Assembly (NCBI RefSeq): GCF_031769215.1
Contig: NW_026782403.1
Span: forward strand, 124,001 to 188,000
Length of the DNA stretch: 64,000 nucleotides
Origin: Ylistrum balloti
Lineage: Eukaryota
Direction: 5' to 3'
Part shown: one piece after another, positions 55,355 to 64,000 of the stretch
Numbering within the stretch: the first letter of the stretch is position 1
Layout: the number at the start of each line of letters is the position of its first letter
Notes under the pieces: model-generated
What the model saw: the letters and a program-made list of their open reading frames with translations, nothing else
Told to the model about the DNA's origin: nothing
Database searches by the model: none
Position numbers and translations under genes: made by a program

Positions 55355-55420
55355 GTATACACAAAGCAATGCGTGTGCTTTAAAACACCGTTTCGGAGTT
55401 CGGATACATAGTGGCATTAG
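55355..55420 (+). CDS. Candidate 66-nt cassette exon (phase 2/2) of the large plus-strand gene
   Basis: Strong acceptor ctgttttctctttccccaccag| and donor cattag|gtaagg. Open in the required phase: (G)YTQSNACALKHRFGVRIHSGI(R). Confidence 0.5.
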
Positions 55421-55929
55421 GTAAGGGCTTTAGACAGGTGCACTCGTTCACATATCCTTGGGCTCCAATGCTAAACTGATATCATTAAAACTGTAACCAT
55501 CTTGAGAACAGTGATTTTTATAGTCATATTTCTATCGGAATGAACACTCGATTCTCCTACGGAGCCCTGGTGTCATGTTGTGATTGCACCTTGTTAAGTT
55601 TCTAGAGCTTTTAGCCTGTCATTCCCAATGTTGACCCTCCCTATTTTACCTCCTACCTCATTTTAGTCTGTCGAATATTTGATTTGGCCATTTCGCGTTG
55701 TCGACACATCAACGTGATACCATTTGATACGTTTACTGACCTATTTCGTCAACCCGACCCATTTTCATATATATACGTTCATAATTCTGCCAACTATGCA
55801 GGCAGATTCTCGTCAAACCATTCAGGCATTTAGTTGTCCTGTTCCCTACTCTTTCGACCGACTACCATCCTTCACATAGCTACGACGAACTCTTATTCTC
55901 TCACACTCCTACAGCCGGCTCCTCTCTAA

Positions 55930-58100
55930 CACCCCAACAACCAACTGATAATCCTCACACCCCTACAACCGACTGATGCTCCTCGCACCCGTACAACCGA
56001 CTGATGCCTCTCACACCCCTACAACCGACTGATAATCCTCACACCCCTACAACCGACTGATGCTCCTCGTACCCGTACAACCGACTGATGCTCCTCACTC
56101 CCCTACAACCGACTGATACACCTCACACCCCTACAACCGACTGATACACCTCACACCCCTACAACCGACTGATACACCTCACACCCCTACAACCGACTGA
56201 TACTCCTCACACCCCTACAACCGACTGATACACCTCACACCCCTACAACCGACTGATGCCTCTCACACCCCTACAACTGACTGATACTCCTCACACCCCT
56301 ACAACCGACTGATGCCTCTCACACCCCTACAACCAACTGATGCTCCTCACACCCCTACAACCGACTGATACTCCTCACACCCCTACAACCGACTGATAAT
56401 CCTCACACCCCTACAACTGACTGATAATCCTCACACCCCTACAACTGACTGATGCTCCTCACACCCCTACAACCGACTGATACTCCTCACACCCCTACAA
56501 CCGACTGATACACCTCACACCCCTACAACCGACTGATGCCTCTCACTCCCCTACAACCGACTGATGCCCCTCACACCCCTACAACCGACTGATGCTCCTT
56601 ACACGCCTACAACCGACTGATGCTCCTCACACGCCTACAACCGACTGATACTCCTCACACCCCTACAACCGACTGATACACCTCACACCCCTACAACCGA
56701 CTGATGCTCCTCACACCTCTACAACCGACTGATGCCTCTCACACCCCTACAACCGACTGATACACCTCACACCCCTACAACCGACTGATACACCTCACAC
56801 CCCTACAACCGACTGATACACCTCACACCCCTACAACCGACTGATGCTCCTCACACCCCTACAACCGACTGATGCCTCTCACTCCCCTACAACCGACTGA
56901 TGCTCCTCACACCCCTACAACCGACTGATGCCTCTCACTCCCCTACAACCGACTGATACACCTCACACCCCTACAACCGACTGATGCTCCTTACACGCCT
57001 ACAACTGACTGATGCTCCTCACACCCCTACAACCGACTGATGCCTCTCACACCCCTACAACTGACTGATACTCCTCACACCACCACAACCGACTGATGCT
57101 CCTTACACGCCTACAACCGACTGATGCTCCTCACACGCCTACAACCGACTGATACTCCTCACACCCCTACAACCAACTGATGCTCCTCACTCCCCTACAA
57201 CCGACTGATACTCCTCACACCCCCACAACCGACTGATGCCTCTCACACCCCTACAACCAACTGATGCTCCTCACACCCCTACAACCGACTGATACACCTC
57301 ACACCCCCACAACCGACTGATGCCTCTCACACTACAACCCTGACACACTACAACTGATGCTCCTCACACTCCTACAACCGACTGATGCTCCTCACACCCC
57401 CACAACCGACTGATGCCTCTCACACCCCTACAACCAACTGATGCTCCTCACACCCCTACAACCGACTGATACACCTCACACCCCCACAACCGACTGATGC
57501 CTCTCACACCCCTACAACCAACTGATGCTCCTCACACTCCTACAACCGACTGATGCTCCTCACACTCCTACAACCGACTGATGCTCCTCACACTCCTACA
57601 ACCGACTGATGCTCCTCACACTCCTACAACCGACTGATGCTCCTTACACGCCTACAACCGACTGATGCTCCTCACACGCCTACAACCGACTGATACTCCT
57701 CACACCCCTACAACCGACTGATGCCTCTCACACCCCTACAACCGACTGATACTCCTCACACCCCCACAACCGACTGATGCTCCTCACACGCCTACAACCG
57801 ACTGATACTCCTCACACCCCTACAACCAACTGATGCTCCTCACACCCCTACAACCAACTGATGCTCCTCACACCCCTACAAATACACCTCACACCCCCAC
57901 AACCGACTGATGCCTCTCACACCCCTACAACCGACTGATGCTCCTCACACGCCTACAACCAACTGATGCCTCTCACACCCCTACAACCAACTGATGCTCC
58001 TCACACGCCTACAACTGACTGATGCTCCTCACACCCCTACAACCAACTGATACACCTCACACCCCTACAACCGACTGATACACCTCACACCAATACAACC
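55930..58100. repeat. 28-bp C/A-rich satellite, ~77 copies
   Basis: Unit acacccctacaaccgactgatgctcctc; starts at 56101 and 56129. Degenerate ccgactcc copies flank both ends. Confidence 0.98.
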
Positions 58101-58799
58101 GACTCTTCTCTCACACTCCTATAACTGACTCCCGCCTGTCCCATGCCTACAATCGACTCCTGATCCCTCATTCTCCTATACAACCTTCACGCGCCAACAA
58201 CCTACTACCGTTCATTACACTCCTACACCACCGACTCCCGCCCTTGATACTTCGATACAACAGATTCATAACCCCAGACATTCATGCGACCGACTCCCGG
58301 TCATTCTTAGGTCTCCTACGACGTATCGCGGTTCCTACCACCACTGGACTCGAACTTTTTTACCCTCACTTCCCAAGAACCTCTCACATTCCAACTAGCA
58401 CTAGGCCATTTAGATGTTGTCGTTGTACGTCGTTTTATATAGTTTCGGAAGCATGCATGGTGTTACACATCAGTGTAATGAGACTCGATATCAGAACCAA
58501 AGAATGCTACTGCGTCTAATGTAATAGAACAAAAATCGGGATGTGTTTAACGAACCGTCTCTTGAGAAGTTCCGGGTCAGCGAGTTTCATGACGGATATC
58601 GGTGGTATTACAACTCCTGGTATCCGTCTGTTGGTGTTGTTTTGTTGGTGTGCTTGGTTGTTGTTTTTTTAGTAAACACAATTGGGCAATATTGATTTAT
58701 AATATATGACTTGTATGTAAATATTAATGTTTATTATGTGTATAATCTATCTCTTGCTAGTTTTCACACTTGCCTGTGATTTGTCGCTATGTTGTTCAG

Positions 58800-58853
58800 G
58801 AGGTCACCAGAGTTAGCCTTGGCTGAGACCGACCCAGAGGTGTCCTACATGAC
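58800..58853 (+). CDS. Internal coding exon (54 nt, phase 2/2) of the large plus-strand gene
   Basis: Acceptor gctatgttgttcag| and donor atgac|gtaagc. Frame RSPELALAETDPEVSYM(T) is in phase with exon 20882-21207 and with the next exon. Confidence 0.7.
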
Positions 58854-58962
58854 GTAAGCTAGGTTTGATAGAGATGTGTTAGTGTGCTGTGTTTATATTT
58901 TACCGTCCTGCCATGTTTTTTTCGCTTTTCCATTCTTACCTTTACATTGCATTTGTTATCAG

Positions 58963-59139
58963 CGAAAGAACGTCACCCAAGACGAAGGCTGACAAAGTGA
59001 GTTTCTGTGATAACGAAATCTCGAGCCAACCGAACGAGATCTCAGGCCGCCAACGGCAGCCTAGCCCCACCACCTATTCCGAGGTGATAATCTTAGACAG
59101 CATACCCCCGGGACCCTGGCCAATCAAACGATCAGCTAG
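58963..59139 (+). CDS. Internal coding exon (177 nt, phase 2/2) of the large plus-strand gene
   Basis: Follows a 109-nt intron with a pyrimidine-rich acceptor ...atttgttatcag|; donor gctag|gtaagg. Frame ERTSPKTKADKVSFCDNEISSQPNEISGRQRQPSPTTYSEVIILDSIPPGPWPIKRSA(R). Confidence 0.75.
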
Positions 59140-61078
59140 GTAAGGCACATGGTTGCCAGTTTTTTCTTTCTTGTCAATGTAGATAGCAAACGCATGCGAG
59201 ACTTGTTGTGTCGTTTTGGTAGATTTATATACTTATTTTTGAAGCTTTGTTTTCCCATGTAGCCTTTTCACCCAGCGCGCGACCACGAACGTATATTGCA
59301 TGCGATATACATGTGTATTTCGTGTTATTGCACGATATTTTATCATGCGATTGATGGACCAAGGGAGATAACTCGAAGATCATTTGTTACCTTCATCTGT
59401 TTCAAGATATAAGCAGAGTTTTTTGGTATTATTTTATAGATTGGAAAGTTGATCTGGTCCATATCACTAAAGATCGGATAATAAAGTGTGTCAAACGTAT
59501 CTACAAAGTAAACTGCCTTAGAATATCCTGTTGTTGTTTGCATTTCTATATTTTAGCAGGGAATTCAATCTCGATAATACTTTTGACGATTTTCATTCGG
59601 TCTTATCACCTATAGCTGTATAAAAATGACACTGAAAAAAACCTATGAAAATTCATGCGGAGTAACCCAACAATCTTGTTGGAAACAGGATGGCTACTAA
59701 AGAGAAGATAATGATATGTTAATGATAATGTTAGACTGTAGCAGTTTTTCATACCCAGACCTCCGTATATATGTTCCATATAGCAATGGCAAACATGTTA
59801 CAATACCACTCAAACGTACATGTTGTATACGTTTGTCCTTGTGAGTAAACACCATTGATGTTGTAAACGTGTGTAATGGAATGTTGTTGAAAGGATATTC
59901 CGCATGTTAGGATTTCATGGGATGCCTTTGAAGAAAATTGTACAAAATTATCTACTTAATGTTCTTATGGAAATCGTTTACCATTTAGATAAACAGACGA
60001 TATAAAATTTGCTGAAATTCTTTATAGGTCTAGTTAGATCGATTTACAAACGTTCGCGCGGCCCAGATTGCGTCATAACAGGTTTTCGTTGTTTCGTTTT
60101 CGAACAGAATGAGATATTTGTGTAAATTATAAAATCAAAAGAAATCAAGCCTAATGACGTGAACTATGATCCAATGACCTTTCAGTTCTGGATTTCCCGA
60201 TTCGCTATATTTAGACGGTTTGGATGGGAGTGTTCCCGCCAATTTCGTCTAGTATGATAACTGGAGAGATATCAATAGTTTTAAAAGTCATTAGAGGTCC
60301 TAAAAGGTACAGAACATCCAGGAACTTTGTAAATTTGGCAGAATATCATTTAAATAAATTATGTCGGTATTTAAAGACGGCTGCTGAATCATTAAAACAA
60401 ACAGATATTGATCGATGACACATGTAAATCAAGACATAGCTTTCTTAACGTACATGCGAGGTCTATTATGGATTCAAGGGAGGTAACCCTTGCAGTCTCC
60501 AGCCGCCTCGCTGTAATTAATGTGCATGGTAATCGACGTGTCAGTCCTATAGAGCTCAGACCGTTCCTGATGTTTTAGAGTTAATTAAGACACGCACTTC
60601 TCTAATATGGCAGCACTCCTACCATACCGTAGTTATAATGCAACAGAAAGAAGCTTTCACGACGGCTTTTGAGAGATATGCTAGTTTTAAGGGCAATTTC
60701 CAACAACTTCGTAAATATAATGTCTGTTTGTGGATTCTGAGAGTTATCGAAAAGAACATTATAACTGTTAAGCGGAGTTACTAGGGCCACGTGTGCATTC
60801 GTGCACGTCGCACCGACATGCACAAAGCAAGCGATAAGGTCATTTGGAATGCATGTACACTCCGCTCGGCTCATCGCACGTTGAGTGCCTAGACAATTGT
60901 CAGAGGTCTATGGTACATTACTGTGTCTGCAATCAACTGCAGTTAGCCAAACAGAAAATCAAATCAGTTGTGAAGATAGGCTTTCAAACGTCCGACGGAT
61001 TTTATTGACAAGTATATCACAGTGATACAAAACATCTACAGCTACACCATAATAAAATACTGCTTCATCGACCGGTCG

Positions 61079-61115
61079 CCGGAAATCGGTAGATCACGTG
61101 ATATATTATGGCGGC
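61079..61115 (+). promoter_or_regulatory. Housekeeping-promoter-like motif trio (ETS, E-box, YY1)
   Basis: CCGGAA at 61079-61084, TCACGTGA at 61094-61101 and ATGGCGGC at 61108-61115, in a locally CpG-rich patch. Confidence 0.4.
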
Positions 61116-61248
61116 AGATTGAACGTGATGCTGTAATGATATACACTTTTTCTGATTAAAACTTGGTCACGGAACAACGGATTAGCCGCCAGACTCTTTA
61201 TAAATCAGAGATTGCAGTTAATGTTATAGGTGCCTCTCCTTGGCCTGT

Positions 61249-61291
61249 TGACCTCCAAACGAGGGAATTACCTCCGCCTCGTTTGGAGTCA
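61249..61291. other. GC-rich inverted repeat / hairpin
   Basis: ctccaaacgagg (61253-61264) pairs perfectly with cctcgtttggag (61277-61288) around a 12-nt loop, extendable by 4 bp past a 1-nt bulge. Confidence 0.7.
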
Positions 61292-61646
61292 TCCGACCAT
61301 ACACCCCTCCTTACATGTATAATAGAGATACCACAACCTGCTGTACAGTGGTGGAATACTTTGAAAGGGATTATTTATATCATTTAGAAAATATGTATCT
61401 TTATGTAAGGAAATAACAATATTATCAACAATAAAACCATATCTAATATTTTTCATCAGTTTCAAACCCAATATCAGCTATCAAACTGATTTCGGCATTG
61501 TAGAATTTCCTATTCTGAATATTCTAATTTGTTAACAAATACCAGGGAAATTAACGTTGCGATCTTCGCCAGTCCATTTAAAGAAGTATATCACCAGAGT
61601 GAGCACTGTAGCCTTAAGTGAAACCTTTCATCAAGATAAACATTTT

Positions 61647-64000
61647 AGTGTTAACTGCAACCCGTGACCAGACTCTACATTGTAGTGTTAACCTTAACCC
61701 ATTACCAGACTCTACACTGTAGTGATGATTATAACCCATCACCAGACTCTACACTGTAGTGATAATTATAACCCATCACCAGACTCTACACTGTAGTGTT
61801 AACCTTAACCCATCACCAGACTCTACACCGTAGTGATGATTATAACCCATCACCAGACTCTACACTGTAGTGATAATTATAACCCATCACCAGACTCTAC
61901 ACTGTAGTGATAATTATAACCCATCACCGGACTCTACATTGTTGTGTTAACTATAACCCGCCACCGGACTCTACATTGTAGTGTTAATTATAACCCGTCA
62001 CCGGACTCTACATTGTAGTGTTAACTCTAACCCGCCACCGGACTCTACATTGTTGTGTTAACTATAACCCGTCACTAGACTCTACATTGTAGTGTTAATT
62101 ATAACCCGTCACCAGACTCTACATTGTAGTGTTCACTATAACCCGTCATCAGGCTCTACATTGTAGTGATAATTATAACCCGTCACCAGACTCTACATTG
62201 TAGTGTTAACTATGACCCGCCACCGGACTATACATTGTAGTGTTAACTACTACCCGTCACCAGACTCTACATTGTAGTGTTAACTATAACCCGTCACCAG
62301 GCTCTACATTGTAGTGTTAACTATAAACCGTCACCAGACTCCGCATTGTAGTGTTAACTATGACCCGTCACCAGACTCCGCATTGTAGTGTTAACTATGA
62401 CCCGTCACCAGGCTCTACATTGCAGTGTTAACTACAACCCGTCACCAGACTTCACATTGTAGTGTTAACTATAACCTGTCATCAGGCTCTACATTGTAGT
62501 GTTAACTATAACCCGTCACCAGGCTCTACATTGTGGTGTTAACTACAACCCGTCACCAGACTTCACATTGTAGTGTTAACTACAACCCGTCACCAGACTT
62601 CACATTGTAGTGTTAACTATAACCTGTCATCAGGCTCTACATTGTAGTGTTAACTATAAACCGTCACCAGACTCTACATTGTAGTGTCAACTATAACCCG
62701 TCACGAGACTCTACATTGTAGTGTTAACTATAACCCGTCGACAGACTCTACATTGTAGTGTTAACTATAACCCGTCACCAGACTCTACATTGTAGTGTTA
62801 AATATAAACCGTCACCAGGCTCCACATTGTAGTGTTAACTATAACCCGTCACCAGACTCTACATTGTAGTGTTAACTATAACCCGTCACCAGACTCTACA
62901 TTGTAGTGTTAACTATAATCCGTCACCAGACTCACCAGACACCACATTGTAGTGTTAAGTGTAACCCGTTACCACACTCCACATTGTAGTGTTAACTATA
63001 ATCCGTCGACAGACTCTACATTGTAGTGTTAACTATAACCCGTCACTAGACTCTACATTGTAGTGTCAAGTGTAACCCGTTACCAGACTCTTCATTGTAA
63101 TGTTAACTACAACCCGTCACCAGGCTCTACATTGTAGTGTTAAATATACCCCGTCATCAGACTCCATATTGTAGTGTTAACTTTAACCCGTCACCAGACT
63201 CTACATTTTAGTGTTAACTAAAACCCGTCACCAGGCTCCACATTGTAGTGTTAACTGTAACCTCACAAGGCTCTACATAGTAGTGTTAACTACGACCCGT
63301 CACCAGGCCCTACATTGTAGTGTTAACTGTAACCTCACAAGAATCTACATAGTAGTGTTAACTATAACCCGTCACCAGGCTCGACATTGTAGTGTTAATT
63401 ATAACCCGTCACCAGGTTCTACATTGTAGTGTTAATTATAACCCGTCACCAGACTCCACATTGTAGTGTTAACTATAACCCGTAAATAGACTCTACATTG
63501 TAGTGTTAACTATAACCCGTCACCAGGCTCTACATTGTAGTGTTAACTATACCCCGTCATCAGACTCCATATTGTAGTGTTAACTATGACCCGTCACCAG
63601 ACTCTACATTTTAGTGTTAACTACGACCCATCACCAGACTTCACATTGTAGTGTTAACTATAACCCGTCACCAGACTCCGCATTGTAGTGTTAACTATTA
63701 CCCGTCACCAGACTCTACATTGTAGTGTAAACTACGACCCGTCACCAGACTTCACATTGTAGTGTTAACTATTACCCGTCACCAGACTCTACATTTTAGT
63801 GTTAACTACGACCCGTCACCAGACTTCACATTGTAGTGTTAACTATTACCCGTCACCAGACTCTACATTTTAGTGTTAACTACGACCCGTCACCAGACTC
63901 TACATTGTAGTGTTAACTATGACCCGTCACCAGACTTTACATTGTAGTGTTAACTATAACCCGTCACCAGACTCTACATTGTAGTGTTAACTATACCCCG
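61647..64000. repeat. 37-bp satellite, >60 copies, runs off the window edge
   Basis: Unit accagactctacattgtagtgttaactataacccgtc; starts at 63901 and 63938. Confidence 0.98.

Noticed and set aside
59560-60252. Two phase-compatible next-exon candidates (REFNLDNTFDDFHSVLSPIAV* at 59560; SSGFPDSLYLDGLDGSVPANFV* at 60186)
   Set aside because: Both end in stops with no good donor, and I cannot choose between them or a more distant exon without RNA data.
8691-64000. Arrays as CRISPR loci
   Set aside because: Head-to-tail repeats with no unique spacers, no cas genes, and a eukaryotic context.
61647-64000. TAACTAT(A/G)AC in the 37-mer and 21-mer resembling LSU rRNA homing-endonuclease target sequence
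   Set aside because: Only 10 bp match and there is no rRNA context.

Overview
Animal (eukaryotic) genomic DNA that is AT-rich and mostly intronic or intergenic. A mollusc or other lophotrochozoan origin is my inference from the repeat types. There is no prokaryotic gene organisation and no CRISPR array. Well supported: one intact tRNA-Asn(GTT) gene at 4655-4728 (-). Also well supported are about 18 tandem-repeat arrays (units 21-97 bp) that together cover roughly a quarter of the window. Moderately supported: a plus-strand spliced gene with coding exons at 20882-21207, 58800-58853 and 58963-59139, plus a possible 66-nt cassette exon at 55355-55420. All of these join in phase 2 across a ~37.6-kb intron and encode a disordered N-terminus with no recognisable domain. 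Weaker calls are two orphan exon candidates (3150-3266 +, 13831-13959 -), a tRNA-derived SINE, a pogo-like MITE, and decayed relics of a GIMAP/AIG1 GTPase, a LINE endonuclease and possibly a DIRS/Ngaro element. Most entries in the ORF track are chance or repeat-derived frames. I found no convincing novel system. The most interesting leads are an intronic satellite carrying dozens of sense-strand AG|GTAAGT splice junctions, a telomere-like GGTTAG core shared by six unrelated arrays, and candidate internal promoters.
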